Source: Candidatus Hydrogenedentota bacterium (GTDB lineage Bacteria > Hydrogenedentota > Hydrogenedentia > Hydrogenedentales > SLHB01). From it: a stretch of DNA of 64,000 bases. Where the stretch lies: assembly GCA_045863335.1 (NCBI GenBank), contig BTVY01000008.1, positions 101,638-165,637 on the forward strand. Reading direction: 5' to 3'. Numbering within the stretch: position 1 is the first letter of the stretch; every line of letters starts with the position of its first letter. The notes under the pieces are model-generated. The model saw nothing but the letters and a program-made list of their open reading frames with translations, did not search any database and was not told the DNA's origin. Made by a program: the position numbers and the translations under genes. Below are positions 21,557-31,407 of this stretch, one piece after another.

Positions 21557-22381
21557 CTACTCTCCGCCTGCGTTCAACCACTCGCGATAGTAGGCATCGA
21601 CGGCATTTTGCAGGAGGCGTTTGTGTGCTTCGGCGTTGGGATGAATACCGTCAGGGGAGATTCCTTTGGGCATGCCCGCGGCAGGGTCGCCTCCGGGTAG
21701 CGGAACCGATTTGGGCGGGTCTCCGAACCAGTATTGCAGCGTGCCCCAGTTGTCGACATACTCGCATCGGTCGAGTTCGTCCGCAAGTTGCTTCTTGCGC
21801 TCGCCGAGTTCACGCAGCCAGCCGTTCAGTTCGGCCGTGGTGGCACCGCCGAAGTCCATCTTCCAAAACTCGCGTGCCGCCTCGTAATCGAGGAAATCGT
21901 AGTCGGCAATGGTAACCCGGATGGTCTCGCGGACCGTGGTACAACTCTCGACGATGATGCGAATGTCCGCGATAATGGTATCCCAGACTTCTTGACGCTC
22001 CGCGGGGGTCTTGCCTGCGAGATTCCCTTGAAGGGCTTGCGTCAGGAAGTCGTTGCCTCCGATCATCAAGTGAACGATGTCGATGGTGGGGTGTTTTTCC
22101 AACTCGGCGGTGATCTCGGCGAGCCGTTCCGGTTTGGCCCAATCCGACGCCTTACGACCACCCCATGCGGTAACTTCGCCCTGAGTTTCCCAAGCGCCTA
22201 GATCGTTTTCAGCGAGCACCTCGTCGAACACGTCCGGAGCGGGGAAACCGTCCCGGTTCTCGGCGGAGATGGACGCGGCCCAGCTGTCCCCAACGATAAG
22301 AATGCGTTTGGTTGGCTCGGCGGCGTGAACGAAGCCGACGAGGCACAAGCATACGATGAGTGCGCGAATCAATCCTGGCAT
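21557..22381 (-). CDS. SGNH/GDSL hydrolase, secreted
   Basis: IVGDSW, GGND, DGIHP. Confidence 0.88.
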   Translation of the reverse strand: MPGLIRALIVCLCLVGFVHAAEPTKRILIVGDSWAASISAENRDGFPAPDVFDEVLAENDLGAWETQGEVTAWGGRKASDWAKPERLAEITAELEKHPTIDIVHLMIGGNDFLTQALQGNLAGKTPAERQEVWDTIIADIRIIVESCTTVRETIRVTIADYDFLDYEAAREFWKMDFGGATTAELNGWLRELGERKKQLADELDRCEYVDNWGTLQYWFGDPPKSVPLPGGDPAAGMPKGISPDGIHPNAEAHKRLLQNAVDAYYREWLNAGGE

Positions 22382-22496
22382 GGGCGTAGCTCCTGGCAAA
22401 ACAAGGTACTTCAGTATTCTGCGGAAGATGGCCGGCCCGGCACCAGGGGCGCCGGACCGGCCGTATCGATGGCAGCCGGAAAATGCTAGGGGAGCA

Positions 22497-23501
22497 TCAA
22501 CTGTCGACGAGTGCGCTGGTCGCGCCAATCCAACTGCTGAGGTTTTCGCCATATGTGCCAACATCACTGTCCTTCGCGGGGTAATCGTCGTCGTAGCGCA
22601 TGAAGCTCACGTGACCGTCGAAGTACAGGATGTTGACTCCGCCAGGAATGTGGTTGAAGGCCTGGATAGCAGGGAAATCCTGGCCGAGGACACTCAAAGC
22701 CGCTCCGCCGTAGGAGTCGAGCATGATCGGCAGTTCGGATTGGGCCGTCGAACTGCCGGCAGGATTGTTGATGTCGGTGATGAAGTAACGCTCGACGCCT
22801 TCCCGCATCCGGTTATACTCGTTGGGGAGTGGGGCGCCATTGTCATCGGTCGTGCCGGTAACGCCGTCGCCACCGATGAGTGCGGTTTTCAAGGCTGCGG
22901 TCTCAAGGGTGTCCGGCAGTTCGTAATTCGGACGGGCTTCGATTGCCCACGTGCACCCGTACAGCTTGGCCGACGATTCTTCGGGTACGGTATACGCGCC
23001 GGAACCTGGGTTGAAGAACTTGTGCAGCGTCACGCCCACGATGACGTCTTTCAACCGGGACGACGTATTAACGGCATAGGGGATGTAGTAGTAGGACGGA
23101 AGCATGCCGGTCAGCGAGTCCAGGCAAGCCTTCGCGTCCGGTTCGACCGGCGCCGACTCGGCCGCGAGCGCCAGCCGGTCGGTAAAGCCAAAGTCTGCGT
23201 TCGCATCTGACGGGCAGACCGCGATGTTCATATCCGTGAGGTACTCCGGATAGACCTGGACCCCGTCGATCCCCAAAACAAAGGTGTTACCAAAACGGGA
23301 GACCGGGGGAAGCAACTCGCCGTCACTTTCGTTGGAGTACATCTTAAAAACGAGTCCCCACTCCTTCAGGTTGTTCTGACATGACGCGCGGCGTGCTGCT
23401 TCCCTGGCTCTTGCTAAGGCCGGCAGCAGAATCGCGGCCAGAATGCCGATGATTGCGATTACGACCAGCAATTCGATTAGTGTAAAACCTCTTCGTTGCA
23501 T
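22497..23501 (-). CDS. DUF1559 prepilin-type N-terminal cleavage/methylation protein with H-X9-DG C-terminal motif
   Basis: [42 protein letters not shown]; [17 protein letters not shown]; GAGGGAGG RBS. Confidence 0.95.
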   Translation of the reverse strand: MQRRGFTLIELLVVIAIIGILAAILLPALARAREAARRASCQNNLKEWGLVFKMYSNESDGELLPPVSRFGNTFVLGIDGVQVYPEYLTDMNIAVCPSDANADFGFTDRLALAAESAPVEPDAKACLDSLTGMLPSYYYIPYAVNTSSRLKDVIVGVTLHKFFNPGSGAYTVPEESSAKLYGCTWAIEARPNYELPDTLETAALKTALIGGDGVTGTTDDNGAPLPNEYNRMREGVERYFITDINNPAGSSTAQSELPIMLDSYGGAALSVLGQDFPAIQAFNHIPGGVNILYFDGHVSFMRYDDDYPAKDSDVGTYGENLSSWIGATSALVDS

Positions 23502-23587
23502 TACTCCATCCTCCCTCGTTGATCGATGAGTCCTTTCCCGGAACCTTCGGGTACGCGCCCGAGCCCGAGTACCCGCAGTGGAGGGAG

Positions 23588-23603
23588 AGCAAGGTTGGTG
23601 CCA
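23588..23603 (-). promoter_or_regulatory. Sigma54 (-24/-12) promoter of the DUF1559 gene
   Basis: Minus strand reads TGGCAC-CAACC-TTGCT, about 90 bp upstream of the ATG. Confidence 0.85.
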
Positions 23604-23680
23604 TCGGACCTGTCAATTCATAAAACATTTTATAGCAGCAACTTAAAACACCTCCTCTTCTCGTATCGCACAGACAATTC

Positions 23681-23744
23681 TGTATCAACGGAAACACAAT
23701 ATGATACATAGTTGTTTCAATTGTGTATCAAAAAGTGATTCACA
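23681..23744. promoter_or_regulatory. Candidate upstream activator sequences for a sigma54 enhancer-binding protein
   Basis: Clustered TGTATCA / TGATACA / TGTTTCA half-sites, including TGT-N10-ACA (23681-23696), 80-140 bp upstream of the promoter, with an AT-rich spacer. Confidence 0.6.
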
Positions 23745-23872
23745 TTGGGTATTGTGATTCTCGACGCGTGATGCGCAAATCAGTGGGTACGCCTGTCCGC
23801 GATTGTAGCGCGGCGTAGGAAATGGGCGACGATTGCAGGAATGTGGGCGACCTAATCGCGTCTGCGATTGGG

Positions 23873-25609
23873 TCAGTCTCTCATGTTGGAGAGACGGCGA
23901 TACAAGGTTGCCCGGCTGATGCCAAGGAGGCGGGCGGCTTTGGCTCGATTGCCACCTGCCCTTTCGATGGCCGCCTCGATTCGGTCATCTTCTGAGGTCG
24001 AGGTGGGAAATGCGCCAGCGGCCGGCGTTACGTCGGTTGTCGCCGCGCCTGATTCGAAGCTACCGGGCATAGGCGCGGCAATCTCCGGTGGCAGGTCGGA
24101 TACTTGAACCGAGGCGCCACGGCAGGAAATGGCGGCCGCCTCGACCGCGTTCTGGAGTTCCCGGACGTTTCCGGGCCACCCGTAGGTCATCATCGCTGAG
24201 CGGGCATCGGGACTGAAGCCGTCGACGGCCTTGCCGGTCTTCGCGACGAACCGGCGCAGAAAACTGGAAGCGAGGAGGGGAATATCCTCGCGGCGGTTGC
24301 GCAAGGGAGGCAGCGAGATGCGCGCGACACGAATTCGGTACAGCAAGTCGCTGCGGAATTGGCCGCCGGCTACGGCTTGGGTGAGATTGTGATTGGTGGC
24401 GGACAACAGCCGGACGTCAATTCGTCGCGGCATCGATTCCCCTACCCGGACGATTTCCCGCTCCTGAACGACGCGGAGGAGCATGGTCTGAACGACGGGC
24501 GGTATGTCGCCGATTTCGTCGAGGAACAGCGTGCCGCCGCCGGCGGCCTCGAAGTAGCCCACGTGATCGCTGACCGCACCGGTGAACGCGCCCTTCTTGT
24601 GGCCAAAGAGCTGGCTTGCCAGGATGGATTCGGTGAGCCCGGCGCAGTTTACCGCGATGAACGGCTCGCCGGCGCGATGGCTCGAAAAATGGATGGCGCG
24701 AGCAACCAGTTCCTTGCCGGTACCGGTTTCGCCTTCGATCATGACGGTTGTATCGTAGCGCGCCAACTCTGCGATCTGCAGGAAAATGGACTGCATGGCA
24801 TCGCTCTTGCCAATGAGATCGCAGAATTGCGCCTTGCCGTCAAGCAGTCTGCGCAAGCCATGCAGGTCCGAAACGTCGTACAACACGAGAATCCGGCGTT
24901 TCGCATCCCGCGGATCGTCGAGGACTTCGAGTTCCGTCCAATAGCGATACCCGTCGGAAGTTTCCCAGTGCAGCGGTAAGCGGGAGCGCTGGCGCGGGGG
25001 CAACTCCATCTGCTCCCGGATCGCGATGATGGTGTCCTCGTCAACCGGGAAGGCGTCCTCCCACGGCGCGCGGAGCAGTCGTAACCGGGGCCGGCCAACG
25101 AGTTTCACGAACGCGTGGCTGACGAAGGACAGCACGTCCCCGTTGGCACTCGTAATGGCCGTGCCCGTTCGGAGTTCGTCGAGGATCGAGCGAACGTCGT
25201 CGCGACTTTGCGCAATCTGCTGTCGCAGACGGTGCGTTTCGATGGCGAAACGGATCGCCCGGTCCAGGAGTGGAGCGGACAGGCCGGCCTTGGTCAGGTA
25301 CTCGACCGCACCGGCCGCCAGCATTTGCTCGTCGACCGCACGATCATCGACTGCCGTGAGCATGATCACGGGGATGTGGACACCGCTCGTCCGAATGTAA
25401 TCCAACACGTCCAACCCGGTTCGATCGCCGAGGAGATAGTCCAGAAGGATCACATCGTGCTCGTTTTCCCGTAGGATGGGAACGGCGTCCTCGAAGGAAG
25501 ACGCCCATTTTAGGGCGTACGAAGAAGCCGGCATACTCTCGAAGAGATCGCGTGTAATCGCATAGTCCGCCTTGTCGTCATCGATAAGTAATACATTGAT
25601 CGTGTGCAT
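23873..25609 (-). CDS. Sigma54-dependent response regulator (REC, PAS-like, AAA+, Fis HTH)
   Basis: VLLIDDD...LLDY REC; GETGTGKE, GAFTGA, LFLDEIG, WPGNVREL, LGISRATLYRRL. Confidence 0.95.
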   Translation of the reverse strand: MHTINVLLIDDDKADYAITRDLFESMPASSYALKWASSFEDAVPILRENEHDVILLDYLLGDRTGLDVLDYIRTSGVHIPVIMLTAVDDRAVDEQMLAAGAVEYLTKAGLSAPLLDRAIRFAIETHRLRQQIAQSRDDVRSILDELRTGTAITSANGDVLSFVSHAFVKLVGRPRLRLLRAPWEDAFPVDEDTIIAIREQMELPPRQRSRLPLHWETSDGYRYWTELEVLDDPRDAKRRILVLYDVSDLHGLRRLLDGKAQFCDLIGKSDAMQSIFLQIAELARYDTTVMIEGETGTGKELVARAIHFSSHRAGEPFIAVNCAGLTESILASQLFGHKKGAFTGAVSDHVGYFEAAGGGTLFLDEIGDIPPVVQTMLLRVVQEREIVRVGESMPRRIDVRLLSATNHNLTQAVAGGQFRSDLLYRIRVARISLPPLRNRREDIPLLASSFLRRFVAKTGKAVDGFSPDARSAMMTYGWPGNVRELQNAVEAAAISCRGASVQVSDLPPEIAAPMPGSFESGAATTDVTPAAGAFPTSTSEDDRIEAAIERAGGNRAKAARLLGISRATLYRRLSNMRD

Positions 25610-27572
25610 TGATACTCTCGTACGTCGTGTGGGCGCTCTCGCGATCCGTTCTGGTAATTTCGGATGCCTCTTCTGACGCGTCCCCGATATCATGGGCGAC
25701 CGGAAGCGCGACGACGAACCGCGTTCCACGATCGGGGGCGGGCACGATCCGAATCGATCCGCCATGCCGTTCGGCAATTTTGCGGCATACGGCCAGCCCT
25801 ACTCCACTCCCCTCCCGAGACTCGCTGCCGTTCATTCGTTGAAACAACGCGAATATTCGATCGGCGTCTTCCGGGTTGATCCCGGGCCCGTTGTCTTGCA
25901 CGCAGATGGCGCAGAATCCCGCGCGGCCTTCATGATCGGGAATCTCGCTGGGAAAAACCTGGACCCGGGGTGTCGAATGGTCGTCGCCGTACTTCAATCC
26001 ATTGTCGATGAGGTTCTGGAGCAGTTGCTTCATTTGCATCGGATCGGCGTCGATGGTGGGAAGGGGTTGAACGTCCACGGTGCCGCCGGTTTCGTGAATT
26101 CGGACGGTCAGATCCTCGACGGCGTCGAGTGCGATTTGCGTAAGATCCACGGTTGAAAAGGGGTTTCCGTGGGTCGTGACGCGGGACACCTGAAGGATAT
26201 TGGTGATCAATCGTTGCATGCGTTCGGTGCACGAATCGATGAGATCGACGTACTCTTCGGCGCGGTTTTCATGGCCATCGCCCACAATTTTGCGGAGGCT
26301 CTCTGCGAGCACCCGGACTTTGCGGAGGGGCTCCTTGAGATCGTGGGATGCAATGACGGCGAAATCCTGGAGGTCGGCATTACTAATGGCCAGTTTGCGG
26401 TTCAATTCCTGCAAAGAATCGTTGGAACGTTCGAGCAGTTCCAACAGTGAATCCCGTTCTTCCTCGAACTGAATGCGAGCGGCAATCTCCTCGGAAAGAT
26501 GTTCATTGGTGCGCTGCAATTCCGCGGTGCGGTGCTTGACGAGGGCTTCCGCTTTGCGGCGCTGCCGAATCTGGGCCATGAAATGATCGAACACTACAGC
26601 GGTAAGGCTTAACCCGGCCAGCAAGCCAAGCAAGGGCTGCCACGTAAACGCTTCCGCGAGGTGCGCTCGCGTGGGCGTACATACGAAGAGCCACCGCCGG
26701 GTCGAAGCCAGGTCGACGGGCCCCGTGTAGTGCATCCGGTCGAGAAACAGGATCTCCCCTTCCTCCACGGGTACACGAGTGACGCCTTCCGCTTCCGCGG
26801 AACGGTGGTACAACGCGGATTCGCCGGAGGTGGCAAATGCATCAAACACGTCCAGGTTCACGCGCTCCTGGTTTAAGCGTCGCAACGCGACATCCACCAC
26901 CTTTTCGATTTGAAAGACTCCCGCGACGAACCCGGTGAAGCGGCCCCGTGCGGCGTCGTCGCCGGATAGCCCCGCCTCGGTCGTATGGACGGCGGACACG
27001 ACAAGTGCCGTGCTTGGCCCGAACAGATCCTGGATCTGCGCGCTGTTGGCGATGACGTACGTCTTGCCGGATTCCCGGGCAAACTGGAGATAGCGTGCAG
27101 CCACCGGATCGGCGGCCAAGTCGAATCCAACGATATCCTCCTGGTTTCCAGGCTCGCCCCGGGCGATTGCCGCAGCGATGGGATAAGACGCGGAATCTGC
27201 CGGCGCTGCGGACGGCACCCAGCAGAGCGTGAGTGTGTGGGCCTGCTCTTCGCCCATCGCGTCCAGATTGCGCTGAAACACTTCTTCGGGCGAAACGGAT
27301 GACACGGCAAGGGTGATGGCGGACCACTGGACGGCGTGGACATTGGAGTCCAGGAGTTTCTCAATGGAACGAATGTAGGTCTTGGCCTGCTCGCCGAAGA
27401 TGTATTGGGCAGCCTGTTGATCGCGTACGCGCAGCGCGTTGAAGAACAAGACGGACGCCACCACGCCCACCAGCAATGTCAAGACGGCTGGTCCGTAGGC
27501 CCGCACGCGTCCTTCCTTGAGGAGGTTGTGCCACCGTCTCGGGGTTGCCTGTTCTTCCACTCGCGTATCCAT
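25578..27572 (-). CDS. CHASE-domain sensor histidine kinase
   Basis: Two TMs around an extracytoplasmic CHASE-like region (IVGFDL), H-box ASHDLKEPL, NLIDNGLKY, DNGPGI, GSGVGL. Confidence 0.9.
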   Translation of the reverse strand: MDTRVEEQATPRRWHNLLKEGRVRAYGPAVLTLLVGVVASVLFFNALRVRDQQAAQYIFGEQAKTYIRSIEKLLDSNVHAVQWSAITLAVSSVSPEEVFQRNLDAMGEEQAHTLTLCWVPSAAPADSASYPIAAAIARGEPGNQEDIVGFDLAADPVAARYLQFARESGKTYVIANSAQIQDLFGPSTALVVSAVHTTEAGLSGDDAARGRFTGFVAGVFQIEKVVDVALRRLNQERVNLDVFDAFATSGESALYHRSAEAEGVTRVPVEEGEILFLDRMHYTGPVDLASTRRWLFVCTPTRAHLAEAFTWQPLLGLLAGLSLTAVVFDHFMAQIRQRRKAEALVKHRTAELQRTNEHLSEEIAARIQFEEERDSLLELLERSNDSLQELNRKLAISNADLQDFAVIASHDLKEPLRKVRVLAESLRKIVGDGHENRAEEYVDLIDSCTERMQRLITNILQVSRVTTHGNPFSTVDLTQIALDAVEDLTVRIHETGGTVDVQPLPTIDADPMQMKQLLQNLIDNGLKYGDDHSTPRVQVFPSEIPDHEGRAGFCAICVQDNGPGINPEDADRIFALFQRMNGSESREGSGVGLAVCRKIAERHGGSIRIVPAPDRGTRFVVALPVAHDIGDASEEASEITRTDRESAHTTYESINAHDQCITYR

Positions 27573-27584
27573 CGTGGGCGACGC

Positions 27585-28685
27585 CTAGTCCGTTCCGGAG
27601 ACCGACGCCATGACCAGCGCAAGGTCATGCCCAAAAGTCCCCGGCGGACCGTTGGTTACAGGGAATTCGCTGAAGAGTTTGACGAATCGCACGTGTCCGT
27701 CCAAATACAGGACGTTCGATCCCCCCGGAATATGATTGAAGCGAGCCGTTCCTCCAAGGAGTGGCGCATTCGCCGCCCACGTATCCAACACAACGGGCAC
27801 AGAAGATTCGCTGGCGGCGTGGGACGCGGGGGAATTGATATCCGTGATGGCCAGTCGCTCGATGCCGCGACGCAACCGGAGATACCCTTTGGGCATTGGT
27901 TCACCGTTGTCGTCGAGTTGACCGTATCCAGCCTGGTAGAGAGGGTCATGTGGAATGTCCTTCGCACCTAACCAGCCGTAGGAAACGAAAACTTTCCGGG
28001 GACAACCTTGATTTTGCATTTCGGCTGCGAGGACGAATTCCGCGTTTCCCCGGTCGCTTTCGTCAATTGCGATGAGGATTCGGCTGCGAATGATGTCCTT
28101 GATTTGAGAAGAGGTTAACGTCATGTACGAGAGATAGGTATACGACACACCCAACGAAAGGAGCGCGTCGACGCACAGATCCGTGGCGCCGGCGTCCATG
28201 GCATCCTGGATGTAGGTTCCCAGATTCAGATCCAGACTGCCCACAAACTCGCGCGCCCGCGAGTCCGAGGGGCATAACGTAATATTCACATCGGTCATGT
28301 AGTCGGGGAACAAAAGGGCGCCGCGAATCCAGGACAAGGTCGGTGTCCCGTTCAGATGCCATTTTTGCGTCGCCGGGTAGAGGCTCCCCGGATCCTCAGA
28401 GGTATACATCTCCAGAACCAGTCCGAGTTGGCGGAGGTTGCTCTGGCAAGTCGCCCGCCGCGCCGCTTCCCGCGATCGGGCAAGCGACGGAAGCAAAAGG
28501 GCCGCGAGAATCGCGACAATGGCGATCACCACGATAAGCTCGATGAGCGTCAGTCCGTCATGTCTGCCCAGACGCGAACGTGCGGGAAGACGCACCCGGG
28601 CGACTACAGAACGGCCAAGTGACTGTATCTCGTTCTCTTCTCTTATCTCATGCACGTCCATGCAACAAACCGTATGTCCCGCCAC
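27585..28685 (-). CDS. Second DUF1559 prepilin-type protein with extended leader (start uncertain)
   Basis: [43 protein letters not shown]; [17 protein letters not shown]; ends 12 bp before the kinase start. Confidence 0.92.
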   Translation of the reverse strand: MAGHTVCCMDVHEIREENEIQSLGRSVVARVRLPARSRLGRHDGLTLIELIVVIAIVAILAALLLPSLARSREAARRATCQSNLRQLGLVLEMYTSEDPGSLYPATQKWHLNGTPTLSWIRGALLFPDYMTDVNITLCPSDSRAREFVGSLDLNLGTYIQDAMDAGATDLCVDALLSLGVSYTYLSYMTLTSSQIKDIIRSRILIAIDESDRGNAEFVLAAEMQNQGCPRKVFVSYGWLGAKDIPHDPLYQAGYGQLDDNGEPMPKGYLRLRRGIERLAITDINSPASHAASESSVPVVLDTWAANAPLLGGTARFNHIPGGSNVLYLDGHVRFVKLFSEFPVTNGPPGTFGHDLALVMASVSGTD

Positions 28686-29193
28686 CCTCGGAAAATGTCA
28701 TTATACAACATACCAGACACATGGAATGAATCGTTCAGGCGGGACTCACGAAGCGCCGTACCGCCGTCGCATCCGAATATCGGAGCTCCCGGATCTCTGG
28801 TCGTGCCCTGCTGGAAGTTCGCAGCATATCCCGGATAGAATCTCTGCCCTGTCCAAACACCCGAAAGGAGATGAACCTTGAAGCATGTGAAGGCCCTCAC
28901 GAAGACCCAAATGCCTGCGAAGGCCGTCTTGTCGTCGAACCCCATCAAAGCGTATCTCATGATGAAAAAGGGGTCCTCCGATTAAGGCGCAGTTCAATGG
29001 CGAGAGAATCCATTGCCAGGAAGTTCAACCGTGGCTCCACCAGAGCGAGACCGGCGGGATCGAGCGCTGCACGGAATCCGCCCCAACGGTCGTTCCGGTT
29101 TGAATGGACGCTGCCGTCCGGTTTCTGGTAGCGTCTATTCTTCTTCAGGGCCTTTTCCATTGCAGCCTACGATGAGTCCGAAGGAGGATTACA

Positions 29194-29961
29194 ATGAACC
29201 ATGATGGATCGACACTGTCGCGCCGAACGTTGTTGCAGGGTGCAGTCCTGGCTGGAGGCACGTGCGCGTTGGGGCCGGTTATGAACACCGCCGCCGCACA
29301 AGAGAACGCCGCTCCCGCGCTGAGCATGGGGAACGTGATCCTGTTTCAGGGCGACTCCATCACGGATGCGGGGCGCAACAAGGAGGTCTCGGACCCCAAC
29401 AACGTGCCCGCACTGGGCAACGGATATGCGCAGATGATTGCCTCGCAATTGCTCGGCGTGCATTCGGGGCTGAAGTTACAGTGTTACAACCGCGGTATCA
29501 GCGGAAACAAAGTGCCCGATCTGGACGCGCGGTGGCAGGCCGATACCGTCGACCTGAAGCCGAATGTTCTCAGCATTTTGATCGGCGTGAACGACATCTG
29601 GCACAAGCTGAGCGGTAAGTACGACGGAACCGTCGCGGACTACGAAGAAGGATTCGCTCAATTACTGGCGAAGACTGTCCCGGCGTTGCCGGGTGTGAAG
29701 CTGGTCATTTGCGAGCCATTCGTGCTCCGGTGTGGCGCGGTGACGGACGAGTGGTTTCCCGAGTTCATTGAACGCCGCGCGGCGGCGCGTCGCGTCGCCG
29801 ATCTCGCCGGGGCGACCTGGGTGCCGTTCCAAAGCATGTTCGATGACGCGGTCAGCGATCAGACGCCGCCGGAGTACTGGGCGGGCGATGGCGTCCATCC
29901 GACCATGGCGGGTCATGCCCTGATGGCGAAGACGTGGCTGGAGGTCACGGGGCTGGGATAA
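29194..29961 (+). CDS. SGNH/GDSL hydrolase (Tat signal)
   Basis: SRRTLL, FQGDSITD, NRGISG, IGVND, DGVHP. Confidence 0.92.
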   Translation: MNHDGSTLSRRTLLQGAVLAGGTCALGPVMNTAAAQENAAPALSMGNVILFQGDSITDAGRNKEVSDPNNVPALGNGYAQMIASQLLGVHSGLKLQCYNRGISGNKVPDLDARWQADTVDLKPNVLSILIGVNDIWHKLSGKYDGTVADYEEGFAQLLAKTVPALPGVKLVICEPFVLRCGAVTDEWFPEFIERRAAARRVADLAGATWVPFQSMFDDAVSDQTPPEYWAGDGVHPTMAGHALMAKTWLEVTGLG

Positions 29962-29982
29962 CGGGCCAAGTGCGATCCCGGG

Positions 29983-31407
29983 CTAAGCCCAGGGGGCGCG
30001 TTTGGATCGGGCAAGCAGGCGCTCCGCGGTTGCATCGTCGACAATGCGTTCCTTCTCGGGATCCCATTGAATCTTCCGGCGCAGCCTCATGGCGATATTG
30101 CCTAGATGGGCGACCGAAATGGAGCGGTGGGCGATCTCCACGGGCGCGGCGGTGCGTTGCCGCGTGCGAACGCAGTCAATGAAGTTGTGGTAATGTTCGC
30201 TGCTGGCGTAAAGGCGCGTCTCATTGGGCCCGATGGGTTCCTGCTTGATGGCTGGATTTGACGCGCCGCCTTCGAGATCGATCCATCCATCGGTTCCCTC
30301 GAAGCGCACGCCGGTCGGGAACGTGCTGGACACGATCATGGTGTAGCCTTCGGCATAGGTGCATCGAAACGCAAATTCCGGGGCAGTGTTGTTGAGCCAA
30401 TCGTGGGGGTACTGCGCCTCCCCTTCCACTTCCACAGGCCCGCTCAGTTCCGTGTCCATACCCCAGTGGGCCATGTCGATCATGTGGGCGCCCCAATCGG
30501 TGACCTGGCCGCCGGAGTAATCGTAGTTCCAGCGAAACGTGAAGTGACAGCGCCGCAGTGTATATGGCGCCCACGGCGCAGGACCGAGCCAGCGGTCGTA
30601 GTCGAGGTTGGGTGGTGGTTCAGCGATGGGATTGTCGGGCACGGCGAGCGGTTGCCCGCCGGGTAGTCCAACCTTGATCGTATGGAGTTTTCCAATTCGG
30701 CCGTTGCGCACGAGTTCGCAGGAGTACCGGCAGCGATCGCTGGAACGTCTCTGGCTGCCCGTCTGAAACACGCGTCCGTATCGATGAACCGCGTCGACCA
30801 TGGCCTTGCCCTGCGCGATATCCAGCGAGAGCGGCTTCTGGCAATAAATGTCCTTCCCCGATTCCGCGGCCGCGACCACCATGGTCCCGTGCCAATGATC
30901 GGGGGTGGCGATGGAGACGGCATCAATATCATCACGAGCCAGAAGATCGCGGTAGTCGACATACTCGTCCACGCCCCTCCAGGTGCCGATTGCTGCGTTC
31001 GCGCCGTAGTGCTCCTGGAGCGCCTGCACGGCCTGGGCGCGGCCGCGGAACCACTCGCGCTCGTAGTTCTCGCTGCCCGAATCGACGTCACACACCGCGA
31101 CCATCTGCACACCCGGCACCTGGATCAGGTTGCGCATGTCTCGGTCGCCTTGCCCGCCCACGCCGATCACCCCCATGACAATGCGTTCGCTCGGGGCGAC
31201 GACGCCTCCACGACCCAAGGCAGATGCCGGGACAATCATTGGAGCGGCCGCCGCGGAGACGGTCGCGAGAAACCCGCGCCGCGTGATGTGGTTGGTATTA
31301 GGGTGTTTCACACAATGGCTCCCGTTTTCAACAATGTGCTGGCCATTCTGCATGGGCTCCATCGCGGTGTAAAGGACAGACACTTGCGCATTCCGGGAGC
31401 GCGTCAT
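29983..31407 (-). CDS. Gfo/Idh/MocA oxidoreductase (Tat signal; start uncertain)
   Basis: [37 protein letters not shown]. Confidence 0.92.
   Translation of the reverse strand: MTRSRNAQVSVLYTAMEPMQNGQHIVENGSHCVKHPNTNHITRRGFLATVSAAAAPMIVPASALGRGGVVAPSERIVMGVIGVGGQGDRDMRNLIQVPGVQMVAVCDVDSGSENYEREWFRGRAQAVQALQEHYGANAAIGTWRGVDEYVDYRDLLARDDIDAVSIATPDHWHGTMVVAAAESGKDIYCQKPLSLDIAQGKAMVDAVHRYGRVFQTGSQRRSSDRCRYSCELVRNGRIGKLHTIKVGLPGGQPLAVPDNPIAEPPPNLDYDRWLGPAPWAPYTLRRCHFTFRWNYDYSGGQVTDWGAHMIDMAHWGMDTELSGPVEVEGEAQYPHDWLNNTAPEFAFRCTYAEGYTMIVSSTFPTGVRFEGTDGWIDLEGGASNPAIKQEPIGPNETRLYASSEHYHNFIDCVRTRQRTAAPVEIAHRSISVAHLGNIAMRLRRKIQWDPEKERIVDDATAERLLARSKRAPWA

Noticed and set aside
28686-29193. Short ORFs in the gap between the DUF1559 and SGNH genes
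   Set aside because: Overlapping, mutually exclusive ORFs with no motifs; probably a divergent promoter region
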